From assembly GCA_002269645.1 (NCBI GenBank), contig NIVC01001752.1, forward strand, positions 124,001-188,000: DNA of 64,000 bases, given 5' to 3'. This document shows positions 37,261-49,639 of this stretch, piece after piece (position 1 is the stretch's first letter; each line of letters opens with the position of its first letter). The position numbers were made by a program, and so were the translations under genes. A model generated the notes under the pieces. That model worked only from the letters and a program-made list of their open reading frames with translations. It did not search any database and was not told where the DNA came from. The stretch is from Macrostomum lignano. Its lineage: Eukaryota.

Positions 37261-39242
37261 CGAGTTGACAAATCTCAGCAGTGAAATGCTGAAGTGACGG
37301 TCACCGAGTGCAAAACGCAGTAAAAACGACAGGCAGCCACAGTGCACAGATAAACTGTGGAATTCAACATCAAAATATGTGAGTCCCGCACTGTCCTGGG
37401 CAGGCACCGAGCTGATGGCTGATGGAATCTGAGCTGGAAATGGTCTAAGAATGAGAGATAGTGAAATAGGATGATCTGACAAGAATTATTTCTGTTTAGC
37501 AGAGCAGAAGGCGGTCAGTGCGGAGACACAATGGGCTGCTCAGAGCCTCTGCAGTGAGGAGGCTGTCAGCTCTGCGAGTAAGTGATGCAGAATGAGGTGT
37601 CAGCCCCTAGCAGGAATTTGAATTTTTTTATTAGCCTAGACTTCTCACCGGTTTCAGAGATGTACTTCTAAACATTTTTTCTACATTCTCTGTTCGAACA
37701 CCAGCCGGTCCCAGTCCCAGACCCGCCCTATAAAATGTGTTTCATTTACCTGCCACATTCTGTCTACATGACACAAATTCGCAATCACACTGGCCTCCAA
37801 AGGCCCAATTATGAGTGCCAGACTCGCATCTGAAAACTCGCAGGCAGCGAATTTTACAGTCATTGAGCACAGGCGCAATGCAAAGCTGTGAATGGTTTGA
37901 GCGGGGCAGGGTTAGCGCTCAAGCAGTTTGTCTCTGTGCCACCAACCCCCAGCCCAAAGCCTTTGAGTCCTCTTTTAACACGCGTTCGCATGCCGCTGTC
38001 TCGGCCCTCAAACCTCAGCTTCGCCATTGTCCTCTGGGCATTGAGCTTGGCTGGTCTGGAGCTGCTTGGACAGCTGGGGTCGGGGTGAGTACAGGCCTCA
38101 TTCTTTTCGCTTCGATGTGCTCACAGCCCCAACCCCAGCCCTCAACTCATGGCTGAGCGCCTCAGAGGAAGGAGAGACAGGAGGAGATGCAGAGGCCGCA
38201 CACAGCAGCCCAGCTGCACACAGCGGTGCCTCATCAGCTCTGCCCCATTGTCCAAAACCCCTGCACAAACCTCACCAGCTGTGCACCTGCCTCTACTTGC
38301 CGAATGAGCTCAGCATCTCTGCTGCATCAGTTTGAGCTCTGACAGATGAAGAGCGAATGGAGGCTGGGAGAGGCAGGGAGTGGCTGCGAATTTGCTGACG
38401 CAGCTGCTAAGGACAGGTGGGGCGAGCGGAGCGCAGAGAACCTCGAACTGAGCGGCCCAGCAACTGAGCTGAGTGAGAAATTCTTAGTGACTTGCAGCTG
38501 CTTAAGCCTTCTGCAAGGGAAGGAGATGGAGAAGGGGGTGGGTGAGAGGGAGATAGGGGAGAGGAAGATGGGTGAGAGGGAGATAGGGGAGAGGAAGATG
38601 GGTGAGAAGGATATATGTGAGAAACACAATACACACAAACACAAAGTTTTGTTTACCCGATTGACCTTTTTGTTTAGCTTATTTGTTTTCTATTCGATTG
38701 CTCTTCTTGTTGTCTAATTACATCTTTTGTTTATTCAACTGCGTGTTTTGTTTATTTGACTGCCTTGTTTGTTTAACTGATTAGATTTCGAATTTTGAAT
38801 TATCGTTTTGTCTATCGATCACCTGCTGCTACCCGATGCCCGGATCAGTTATCCAATCACGGTTTCGCTTATTCGGCTGCGATTCGGAATTCAAATTTTA
38901 TTTATTTGACTGCCGGGTTTGTTTTACCGGTTGCTCCTTTCAATTAATGAGACATTTTTGTGCTCACTCGAGTGCCATTTCAGTTTCAAGCTGATCAATG
39001 TTGATTTTGAAACTCTGGCACAAAGCCAATCACAATTTCCCCAATCTGCTCAGACTGCTCAATACCTACTCCAGATTTTCTGTTGCCAAGAATTTTTCAC
39101 ATTTTTCAGCCACCGGTTTGGCGCTTTTTCTGACACTGATTTTTGTATTTGATTTTTGGACTGACTTTTTATTAGCAACTGTTGGAGCAGGAAGTCCAGC
39201 GCTTACTCAAGAGTTCTCAGTTAAATATAAAGCCACCGCTTG

Positions 39243-39416
39243 GCTTGCCGTGACCCGCTGTGTCCTGACTTGCCGTGACCCGCTGTGTCCTGACTTGCCG
39301 TGACCCGCTGTGTCCTGACTTGCCGTGACCCGCTGTGTCCTGACTTGCCGTGACCCGCTGTGTCCTGACTTGCCGTGACCCGCTGTGTCCTGACTTGCCG
39401 TGACCCGCTGTGTCCC
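39243..39416. repeat. 25-bp minisatellite (TGACTTGCCGTGACCCGCTGTGTCC)n
   Basis: About 7 perfect units. Confidence 0.95.
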
Positions 39417-40094
39417 ATTTCATATTTCAATATTTCGCAGCTTCATTTCTGAGCCTCACTCAGTGCAATCCACACAACAGTGCGGGGAGGGCAGAGCTGA
39501 TGAAGCAGGCATGCAGTGAAGCTGGCCATTGTTTTCAAAGGGCTTGCAGAGTGTCTTGAGGTCTGAGGCTGCCTCACGGCTTGGCCCCTAACGCAGTGAG
39601 CAAAGAGATGTGCAGAGTTCTTAACTGCACAGACGCTGCAGAGCTTCTCCAGTTGCCATGGCGATGGGGGAGACTTCAGCTCAGAGAGAGTCTGTGGACA
39701 GCTGAGCAATGTGCTCACCCGGAGGCTGGGTGGTGCGGCTTGTTGCTTCATCTGCACAAAAGTGAGTTCAAACGAGCATCAGCCATTCTGTGCATCTCTT
39801 TTGAACAGCTGATGCTGCATCAATGATGCTGGCAGACACTTGAGTCTGTGCTCACTCAGTGCACTGTGAAATGTACATAAATAAGTGTTTGCAGTGGCTT
39901 CGCATTGCATTGAACTGAGACAATGGCGGGGCATGAGGGGCTGCTCAGCCACCTCAGCGGGGGCCGCTGTTTTGAGCAGGAAAATGAGAATAGAACCGCA
40001 TTTCTGCTTTCATTTTTTACCGAATTCGGTGGGAAAACACTTTTGAGACTACTCTAGATAGCAGAGTATGGTTTTAAACTGAATGCACACTTTT

Positions 40095-40815
40095 GCTGTT
40101 AGACATGGTGGTGTCCTGTTAGACATGGGAGTCTTTTGTTAGACATGGGAGTCTCCTGTTAGACATGGGAGTCTCCTGTTAGACATGGGAGCCTCCTGTT
40201 AGACATGGGAGCTTCCTGTTAGACATGGTGTCCTGTTAGACATGGGAGTCTCCTGTTAGACATGGGAGCCTCCTGTTGGACATGGGAGTCTCCTGTTAGA
40301 CATGGGAGTCCCCTGTTAGACATGGGAGTCTCCTGTTAGACATGGGAGTCTCCTGCTAGACATGGGAGTCTCCTGTTAGACATGGGAGTCTCCTGTTAGA
40401 CATGGGAGTCTCCTGTTAGACATGAGAGTCTCCTGTTAGACATGAGAGTCTCCTGTTAGACATGGGAGTCTCCTGTTAGACATGGGAGTCTCCTGTTAGA
40501 CATGAGAGCCTCCTGTTAGACATGGTGTCCTGTTGGACATGGGAGTCTCCTGTTAGACATGGGAGTCCCCTGTTAGACATGGGAGTCTCCTGTTAGACAT
40601 GGGAGTCTCCTGCTAGACATGGGAGTCTCCTGTTAGACATGGGAGTCTCCTGTTAGACATGGGAGTCTCCTGTTAGACATGAGAGTCTCCTGTTAGACAT
40701 GAGAGTCTCCTGTTAGACATGGGAGTCTCCTGTTAGACATGGGAGTCTCCTGTTAGACATGGGAGTCTCCTGTTAGACATGGGAGTCTCCTGTTAGACAT
40801 GAGAGTCTCCTGTTT
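40095..40815. repeat. 20-bp minisatellite (GTCTCCTGTTAGACATGGGA)n
   Basis: About 35 units; shares the CCTGTTAGA core with the 30215 array. Confidence 0.97.
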
Positions 40816-41243
40816 GATATGACAGTCTTCTTTACTCTTCTCTCTCACTCTCCTCTCTCCTTCCTACCCTCTCCATATCCAGCAAAGTTATCGAAATTTT
40901 CTAGTGGGAGAATGATTAATTCATGCATTTGTCATGTCGCTTTGTCCCCATCTTTGTGAGATTCTGGTGAATCTCGGGTGAGATTCTGGTGATGGTAAGA
41001 TCAAGGGAAAGGGCATAAAATAGGAGGTACAAGGGGGTTCGTAGGTTTCATGCTATTGTTAATTTTGATCGATGAATTCATGTACTGTTTATGACCGATT
41101 CTTCATAGCTACCCTACATGTGCGAGTTATGATCATGATTGTCTATGATCTACATGTACTGAGTATGACCGCAATCGCCTATGACTATACTATGACCGTA
41201 ATTGTCCATGACCTAAATTAATGCCAAAGACTTATAATCCATT

Positions 41244-41595
41244 ATGGAGGCCACAGTTGGTGAACTCTTCAACACCTGCAGCCTGAGCGCAGGCAACCAG
41301 CCAAAAGGCACCTGGCACTTCATAGCCGCGGAGATGATCATGGGCGAGGGCGATTCGATTCCGTACTCAGCCAAGACCGACGTGTGGGCCTTTGACTGCA
41401 CCGTGTATGAGCTGACGGCCATGCAGCCTCAGGATCACCGTGCTGAGGTGCGGAGGGCGGGCGATGCCTCGGATTGCGGACGGGTTCTCAGCCGACATGA
41501 AGGATTTCTACCTCAGGTGCGTAGACTATGACCCGAGGAAGCGAGCGGACACCGCGGAGCTGCTGCGGCACAGCTTCCTGAGTGCCTCATCGTGA
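41244..41595 (+). pseudogene. Protein-kinase C-lobe relic, paralogous to ANK-kinase exon 3
   Basis: PKGTWHFIAAE...YSAKTDVWAFDCTVYEL, then a frameshift to MKDFYLRCVDYDPRKRADTAELLRHSFL*; N-lobe and catalytic loop absent. Confidence 0.8.
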
Positions 41596-42616
41596 CTGCG
41601 AGAGCGATGGGTTGTGAGGGAGCGGAGCGACTCTTGGAGCGGGCGGTTTTGCTTGCTGACGTTGTCTACTTTTTTGTTATAGTCTATGGCTACGGCGCAT
41701 GGCAATAAAAATCGATAGTTGCTCCAAAAATGAATTTTGACGCAGGGCAGATCGTCTGACGCATCCATGTTCGTTCACGCTAACAAGAGTGAACTATCTA
41801 GGGATATAGTATCTGTGGTATCGTGTTATTTTTGCGGGGTATTTCGGAGTCGACCAATAATGACCAGCAATTGATGCCCGCCTCGAATGTCTATGGCCAG
41901 GAGCTCCGTGAACGACAACCGTGGCCGTAGATTGCAGTATACAGCTCGTATTTTAGCAGATATCAACTGTAAGCATGTGAAGAACCTATTTCTATTAAAT
42001 CCATGCGTTACTGTTACAAGCTTATCAACTAAGTCGAGAATCCGTCCAAGTTGTTCTCAGACATCCGGACACTTCCGTTTCATTCACAGCCATTCATAGC
42101 CATTCATAGCCCTTCATAGCCATTCATAGCTATTTATAGCTATTCAAATTCATTCATTTCCATTCATAGCCGTTCATAGCCATTCACCATTGTATCAGAC
42201 AGAATCACCCGAATATAGATACGATGTATTGATATGAGATGAGCAAGTATATTATGTAGAAGATTAAACATGGACTTTTAAGGGATTTATAAAAGTACAT
42301 GTAGCTTCGAAATCGCATAATGTTTAATCCCATAAAAAATTAACGTAACAATTCTCCCGAAAAATATTTGAATATAACCGAATAGAATTACTTAGAAAGG
42401 AGTCAATGTCTATAATATGTGATCAACAACTGTCCGTCATATATTTATTCAGTTTCCCGCTAATCTAAATCATTTACTAAGTGTCTGTAATAAATAAACG
42501 GTGTTAATTAGTATTTGCTTGTTGAAAGATGCGCGCAACTTTGCTGCCATTCGATATCTTAATCAAATTCATATGGCTTGTAAACTACTACTAGTAGTTT
42601 AAATGAGTTTCCAATT

Positions 42617-43111
42617 CTATCCAATTCTGTCGGTGAGCGGCACCACAATCACTGGCCGGTGCGCATGGTGAACAGCATAGTCCGATACGCTGCCGAGCAT
42701 GGTTCGTTGAAGTCGTTTCAATCCGCGAGTGCCCATTAGAATGGCGGCAGCGTCTAGTTCTGTTGCCATGGCAACAATCGCCTTGCCCGGTTCGGCTCCG
42801 TACTTGTCAATGAACTTGACGGAGTCTGCTGGCAAGCCCAGCTGTTGGCAGAGTGCCAAACAGCGTTTGCGCAACCTGTCGATCTGGGCTGACGATTCTT
42901 GCATCAGCTGGGTGTACAGCTCTGTCTTGGACATCTTCAAGGTCGTGTTGCCGCGCGGCAGCGGCGGGGCTTCAACTGAATAAAAGATCACCAGCTGGTG
43001 TCGAATGTCTCTTTCAGCATTGAGTCTGGCGAACCAGCTCAGAGCCGCCTGGCTGTTCTCACTGTTGTCGTAGGCGAGTAGAAACACGGTGGGCTGCTGG
43101 GGCGAGGTCAT
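42617..43111 (-). CDS. Universal stress protein (UspA family), 164 aa, intronless
   Basis: N-terminal LAYDNSENSQAAL; C-terminal PGKAIV...AILMGTRG...LGSVSDYAVHHAHRPVIVV (USP ATP-binding GxRGx9GSV-type motif). Confidence 0.93.
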   Translation of the reverse strand: MTSPQQPTVFLLAYDNSENSQAALSWFARLNAERDIRHQLVIFYSVEAPPLPRGNTTLKMSKTELYTQLMQESSAQIDRLRKRCLALCQQLGLPADSVKFIDKYGAEPGKAIVAMATELDAAAILMGTRGLKRLQRTMLGSVSDYAVHHAHRPVIVVPLTDRIG

Positions 43112-43389
43112 GGCCTATGAGCAGTATATGAGCAGCTTGTGATATCGCTTAGCATAAAACTCTTTAGTGTTACATTACTTATAAATTAAAATCTCATAAC
43201 AAACTTTCTCTCGTTCGAGATCTGATAAGAAAAGAGCTGCTGGTTCGGTCTTATTTGTATTCGTACTCGATACGGTTTGAACAAATTTGAAACTCGAGAG
43301 CTCTGCACGCATGTTGCACTGACATAAACTGCACACGATTCAAAGGGGACAAAAAAGCAGAAAAACAAAAACGAACCGTAAATTGCGAG

Positions 43390-44625
43390 CCGGAGAAGGG
43401 GAGTGAGGAGGGAATAGAGATAGGAGAGATGAGTGAAAAGGAGGAGAGGAAAGAAGAGGAGAGATGTAATTGATGAAGGAAGAGAAGATAGGAAAGAAGA
43501 GGAGAGAAGGGAGAGAAGGGAGAGAAGGGAGAGAAGAGAAGAGAAGGGAGAGAAGGGAGAGAAGGGAGAGAAAGGAGAGAAGAGGAGAGAAGGAGAGGAA
43601 AGAAGGGAGAGAAAGGAGAGAAGGGAGAGGAGGGGAAAGAAGGGAGAGAAGCGGAGAGAAGGGAGAGAAGGGAGAGAAGGAAGAGAAGGGAGAGAAGGGA
43701 GAGAAGGGAGAGAAGAGGAGAGAAGGAGGGGAAAGAAGGGAGAGAAGGGAGAGAAGGGAGAGAAGGGGAAAGAAGGGAGAGAAGCGGAGAGAAGGGAGAG
43801 AAGACGAGAGAAAGGGAGAGAAGGGGAGAGAAGGGAAAGAAGGGAGAGAAGGGAGAGAAGGGAGAGGAGGGGAAAGAAGGGAGAGAAGCGGAGAGAAGGG
43901 AGAGAAGGGAGAGAAGAGGAGAGAAGGAGAGGAAAGAAGGGAGAGAAGGGAAAGAAGGGAGAGAAGGGAGAGAAGGGAGAGAAGGGAGAGAAGGGAGAGA
44001 AGGGAGAGAAGGGGAAAGAAGGGAGAGAAGGGAGAGAAGGGAGAGGAGGGAGAGAAGGGAGAGAAGAGGAGAGAAGGGAGAGAAGGGAGAGAAGAGGAGA
44101 GAAGGAGAGGAAAGAAGGGAGAGAAGGGAGAGAAGGGAGAGGAGGGGAAAGAAGGGAGAGAAGGGAGAGAAGGGAGAGAAGAGGAGAGAAGGAGAGGAAA
44201 GAAGGGAGAGAAGGGAGAGAAGGGAGAGGAGGGAGAGAAGGGAGAGAAGGAAGAGAAGAGGAGAGAAGGGAGAGAAGAGAAGAGAAGGGAGAGAAGGGAG
44301 AGAAGGGAGAGAAGGGAGAGAAGGGAGAGAAGGGAGAGAAGGGAGAGAAGAGGAGAGAAGGAGAGGAAAGAAGGGAGAGAAGGGAGAGAAGGGAGAGGAG
44401 GGGAAAGAAGGGAGAGAAGGGAGAGAAGGGAGAGGAGGGAGAGAAGGGAGAGAAGAGGAGAGAAGAGGAGAGAAGGGAGAGAAGGGAGAGAAGGGAGAGG
44501 AGGGGAAAGAAGGGAGAGAAGGGAGAGAAGGGAGAGGAGGGGAAAGAAGGGAGAGAAGGGAGAGAAGGGAGAGGAGGGGAAAGAAGGGAAAGAAGGGAGA
44601 GAAGGGAGAGAAGGGAGAGAAGGAG
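43390..44625. repeat. Purine-rich (GAGAGAAGG)n degenerate repeat
   Basis: About 1.2 kb of almost exclusively A/G. Confidence 0.97.
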
Positions 44626-44904
44626 TCAAAGTGTTGTATTTGTCCAGCTGGCCCACTTAAGCGAGAAAAGTCAGAGATTTCCCAGGAAATTTGGTAAAAT
44701 TTTACACAGCAACATTTTTTGTCAATGTCGCTCACTGCAAGGAGCAAATTTACCTGACACTGCATGCTTACTGGCAGATTCCGGTTTTATTTCGGAAAAC
44801 GCTGGAATAACAAATTTAATAATCTGCTAATAGCCCTTATATTGTATCTTAATCTTCTGTCCAAGTGTGTGTCTTTGTGTCAGTCTGTTTTTGCACCTGT
44901 CTGC

Positions 44905-46193
44905 CAGCGCCAAAACGAGTACATTTGGCGCAAAAATGAGTGCCTGCGGCGCCAAATTGAGTGCCTGCGGCGCCAAAATGAGTGTCTGCGGCGCCAAAAT
45001 GAGTGCCTGCGGCGCCAAATTGAGTGCCTGCGGCGCCAAAATGAGTGCCTGCGGCGCCAAAATGAGTGTCTGCGGCGCCAAAATGAGTGTCTGCGGCGCC
45101 AAAATGAGTGCCTGCGGCGCCAAATTGAGTGCCTGCGGCGCCAAAATGAGTGCCTGCGGCGCTAAAATGAGTGCCTGCGGCGCTAAAATGAGTGCCTACG
45201 GCGCCAAAACGAGTGCCTACGGCGCCAAAATGAGTGCCTGCGGCGCCAAAATGAGTGCCTGCGGCGCTAAATTGAGTGCCTACGGCGCCAAAACGAGTGC
45301 CTACGGCGCCAAAATGAGTGCCTGCGGCGCCAAAATGAGTGCCTGCGGCTATAAAATGAGTGCCTGCGGCTATAAAATGAGTGCCTGCGGCTATAAAATG
45401 AGTGCCTGCGGCTATAAAATGAGTTCCTGCGGCGCCAAAATGAGTGCCTGCGGCGCTAAATTGAGTGCCTATGGCGCTAAAATGAGTGCCTGCGGCGCCA
45501 AAATGAGTGCCTGCGGCGCTAAATTGAGTGCCTATGGCGCTAAAATGAGTGCCTGCGGCGCCAAAATAAGTGCCTGCGGCGCTAAATTGAGTGCCTGCGG
45601 CGCCAAAATGAGTGCCTGCGGCGCCAAAATGAGTGCCTGCGGCTATAAAATGAGTGCCTGCGGCTATAAAATGAGTGCCTGCGGCGCCAAAATGAGTGCC
45701 TGCGGCGCTAAATTGAGTGCCTGCGGCGCCAAAATGAGTGCCTGCGGCTATAAAATGAGTGCCTGCGGCTATAAAATGAGTGCCTGCGGCGCCAAAATGA
45801 GTGCCTGCGGCGCTAAATTGAGTGCCTATGGCGCTAAAATGAGTGCCTGCGGCGCAAAAATGAGTGCCTGCGGCGCTAAAATGAGTGCCTGCGGCGCTAA
45901 AATGAGTGCCTGCGGCGCCAAAATGAGTGCCTGCGGCGTTAAAATGAGTGCCTGCGGCGCTAAAATGAGTGCCTGCGGCGCCAAAATGAGTGCCTGCGGC
46001 GTTAAAATGAGTGCCTGCGGCGCCAAAATGAGTGCCTGCGGCGCCAAAATGAGTGCCTGCGGCGCCAAAATGAGTGCCTGCGGCGCCAAAATGAGTGCTG
46101 ACAACACCGATTCTCAAACTAATTCAGGAATTTAGTCAATTCTTGGCTTCGAGTCCCCTCCCCTACCATGAAATCCATTGCGATAAAACCCTG
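44905..46193. mobile_element. hAT-type MITE copy with ~56 units of the 21-bp minisatellite; left end not resolved
   Basis: (GAGTGCCTGCGGCGCCAAAAT)n to 46095; right flank acaacaccgattctcaaa...ccatgaaatccat matches the end of the 58099-58939 copy. Confidence 0.75.
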
Positions 46194-46515
46194 CATAATG
46201 CGAACAGTAAACAAAATAATAGTGACTGTGTTTTTGTTAACAGATGTTGTCTTCTGCTGCTATCAGTTCAATGCTAAAAATGAGTCTCTTTGTTATTTTC
46301 GTCATAATTGCAATCTAGAAAGCTGTGGAAATGCCGATCTGCTCAAATTTTTTTCAGAGCCCAGCTGAATCGCTGGCTGCCAGTCAATTCTAGCCCACAA
46401 TTTATGCACCTGTTTGTTCCATTAAGGTTCATATAAAGACGCATTAAAGTCTACTCTAATAAACTGCTAGGTGCATACCGGAGGTAACCTGTAGTTTTTA
46501 TCATTTCTCCATGAA

Positions 46516-46908
46516 ATGGTGCGCCAAAATTTGGTTGCCCAAATCAAACTGGCCTTTTTAGCCCTGATTGTCAGCATATCGACCATTTGCATCGTTTCTA
46601 CGGTCAGAAAGAACCAAAATTATCAACAGAGAGCATGCTTAGCAAATAATCAAACAACAACTCAGTCAAGGATGACGACAGCAATGAGAAATTTCAGCAC
46701 CACTACTGTTCCTACCGTGAAACCTCTAAGACCAGTCAGACCTCCCAGCTGCGACTACCACCAGGAGCTATCGACGCTGAACTTCCTCAAAGACGACTCT
46801 CTGCGCTGGAATTTGTGTCGAAAAGTTGATGCAGCTGAAACTTCCCAGCCTACAATATCCGTCGTGGGCGATTCCCGTTGTGCCGACTGGTTGACAGTTT
46901 GCCGATAG
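46516..46908 (+). CDS. Putative N-terminal exon (TM anchor plus Thr-rich stem), possibly of the FkbM gene
   Basis: Hydrophobic LAFLALIVSISTICIV followed by a T-rich stalk, typical of type II membrane enzymes; no convincing donor identified. Confidence 0.4.
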   Translation: MVRQNLVAQIKLAFLALIVSISTICIVSTVRKNQNYQQRACLANNQTTTQSRMTTAMRNFSTTTVPTVKPLRPVRPPSCDYHQELSTLNFLKDDSLRWNLCRKVDAAETSQPTISVVGDSRCADWLTVCR

Positions 46909-46965
46909 CCGTGATGAAGGTTCGATTTGTCGAATTGATTTTTTTACACAATAGGACACAAAACG

Positions 46966-47517
46966 CAAAATTTCTCAATATTCAACACCAAAATAGTGAT
47001 TGGGTCTCTTAACAGTGTCAGAGAAAGTTCTAATCACACTATTTTGTGCCTCACAGGCTGCTCTAACGACGCATTAACCGATTCTTAGTGTTAAATTGGT
47101 CTTGTCATTATTTTAAACGTTTTTTCAAGTAACAGAACAATTTAACAAAAAAATCATTTAATGCGTCGTTAGAGCAGCCTGTGAGGCACAAAACAGTGTG
47201 ATTAGAACTTTCTCTGACACTGTTAAGAAACCCAATCACTATTTTAGTGCTGAGAATCGTGAAATTTCCTATCTCCGTAGTGTATTTTTTTGGTGAAACC
47301 TGCCCTCAAAACATTTCTGAACGAAAAGCTTTATGAATATCGATAGAGCAATAAGAAAGGCACAACATATCAAAAGATGAACACTGGATCTGCCTCCTAT
47401 CAAAAGCAATAATAATTTTTGTGCTGAAAAAATTAAAACCTCCGATCTCTGTAGTGTATTTTTCGGCGAAAAGTTGCATTCAAAACATTTACGATAGATT
47501 TCGAGTGTAGCGTCCTA
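46966..47517. mobile_element. Foldback segment (46966-47270) joined to the right end of the 7368-7852 TIR family
   Basis: ~100-bp inverted arms (aaatagtgattggg...acgcattaa / ttaatgcgtc...cccaatcactatttt); ends gagtgtagcgtcct. Confidence 0.7.
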
Positions 47518-47875
47518 TATATATGCTACTGGAGTAGTCCTTGTTACTGGAGTAGTCCTTGGTCATAAAGCATCGCGTACGGAAAGCCATTGAAGAGGAT
47601 ATCCGAATTAAAAAATCCTCCACAACCAGCACTGACGGCAATTCTGTCCAGAGCACAACCACTCGATCACTGGCCAATTTACGTGCACAAAGCTCCAAAA
47701 TTAATGTCAACGCTCACGGAATCACTCGCGGTAATTTTACCACCGATCTGCTCTGCACTTGAGGATATCCAGATGCATCAATTAGAGACATGACTTTTCA
47801 CTAAGCAGCACTAGAAGTGATAGGTTTAGTACCTTGTAACTACATGCAAGCATTAAAACTCGCTTAACATTGCAG

Positions 47876-48709
47876 GAAGTATCCAAACTAGCAGTTCAAT
47901 TGAAGCTTCATAACATAGCTACGAATCGTTTGATACCAATTTACGGCTACAAAAACGACTTTATCTCCCAAACGATTGCCAGACGACACACCTGGGAGCC
48001 GGTCCTTGTCCATCAGTTGATCCACATCAGCCTCAATTTGAAAGGAAACGGCCGCACCGTCTCCTTCCTGGACGTGGGCAGCAACATTGGAGTGTACAGC
48101 CTGTCTGCACGAGACGCCGGTCTGATCACGGTGGCAGTGGACGCAAATTTGCGCAACCTCGCTCGGATTCGTCTGGCAGCTTCGGCCATGCGGTTGCCCT
48201 CGTCCGATCCTCACCTGGCCCTCGTGTGGGCCTACTTCTCCGACCGGGTCGGGCTACGCTACCTGCAATTCTCTACAAAGTTCTGCAACGTCGGAGGAGC
48301 CAGCGCCGAAAATAAGTTCGATGCGGAAGGCGGCTTCTGGGCCACCGACACCGTGCCCGTGATGACAGCCACCGGAGACGACCTCCTGCCGCTGATTTCA
48401 ACAGACCTGGTAGTGGCAAAGATTGACATTGAGACCAGCGAGAACATCTTCCTGAGTACGGGCCAGCGACTCTTCAGTGAGCATCGCATTGTGGTAGTGC
48501 AGATGGAGTGGTGGCGGGCGAGTCATTCAATTCCGGCGTCTGAGAGTCCGAACTACCGCACGATAGTCGAGTTCTTTGCAAGGAGAAACTACACCCTGCT
48601 GTCGGCGACCACACGGCAACGGCTGAATCTGAGCAAATTTTACGACTGGGATACTTTGTGGGTTCGAGGAGACTACCTGAGCATTGTGGAAGCCATGCTG
48701 CGAAGATGA
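47876..48709 (+). CDS. FkbM-family SAM-dependent methyltransferase (main exon)
   Basis: DFISQTI...WE, FLDVGSNIGVYSL (motif I), VAVDAN, AKIDIETSE, QMEW; acceptor cttaacattgcag| at 47875. Confidence 0.88.
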   Translation, partial: EVSKLAVQLKLHNIATNRLIPIYGYKNDFISQTIARRHTWEPVLVHQLIHISLNLKGNGRTVSFLDVGSNIGVYSLSARDAGLITVAVDANLRNLARIRLAASAMRLPSSDPHLALVWAYFSDRVGLRYLQFSTKFCNVGGASAENKFDAEGGFWATDTVPVMTATGDDLLPLISTDLVVAKIDIETSENIFLSTGQRLFSEHRIVVVQMEWWRASHSIPASESPNYRTIVEFFARRNYTLLSATTRQRLNLSKFYDWDTLWVRGDYLSIVEAMLRR

Positions 48710-49129
48710 CGACTAGTAGGTTGACGGATGTACTGGATACTCCTTGTAAACTGGAGAGCCAATATTTCGATTTAAGTGGTACTAGGAGGTTAAGGGTTTG
48801 TTAAAGTTGGCTACAAACTTGGAAGTGCATTTGCTTGCTTTTAGTTCTAAACTAGCAATCTAGTGCGGCCCCCCTTCGGGGCGCCCAATAAGAAAGGAGC
48901 AAAAATAGTTCATGGAAAACAATAAAAAAACACATTTTCTTAAACACTAATTCCTTCTTCACATTTTAAAAATCACCTTATTCGTGTAAAATTGTCACGG
49001 ACTAAGATGTTTGCAAAATTAAAAAATCACTTTTTCTCTAAAATTAACAAACAGTCAACAAAATATCGTTTCACTAAATAGAAAATATTCCCAAGACAGC
49101 AAGCAACCCCCTCCAAAAGTGAACAATCG

Positions 49130-49520
49130 CAGATAGCAAGCATCCTCTAATGCTCATAGCAAGAATCACCACAGATAGCAAGCATCTGCAGATTAGCAAG
49201 CACCCCCCAGATATTATAGAAGCATCCACCCAGATAGCAAGCATCCACTCAGATAGCAAGCATTCTGCAGATATCAAGCACCCCCAGATATTATAGAAGC
49301 ATCCTGCAGATAGCAAGCACCCCCCAGATATTATAGAAGCATCCACCCAGATAGCAAGCATCCTGCAGATAGCAAGAATCCCTAAATAGCAAGCATCCTG
49401 CAGATAGCAAGAATCCCTGAATAGCAAGCATCCCTGGATAGAAAGAATCCCATGCATGTAGCCAGTACCCCTCTCCCAAATAGCAAGTATCCCCCCTCGA
49501 GAGCAAGCATCCACGAGACA
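49130..49520. repeat. Degenerate minisatellite (CAGATAGCAAGCATCC-like)
   Basis: About 18 imperfect units. Confidence 0.85.
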
Positions 49521-49639
49521 GCAAGTAGCTAGTGCAAATGTTACTTCCGCTAATGCAATAATCGCTTTCTCAGGTTGTGCAACAATCCACGTCTCAGCGA
49601 GCGCAATAATCTCTTTTTAGACAGCGCAGTAATCAGCTT

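Noticed and set aside
42617-48709. USP and FkbM as bacterial contamination or recent HGT
   Set aside because: They are embedded among animal repeats and spliced genes, both families are known in invertebrates, and the sequence alone gives no evidence of recent transfer.
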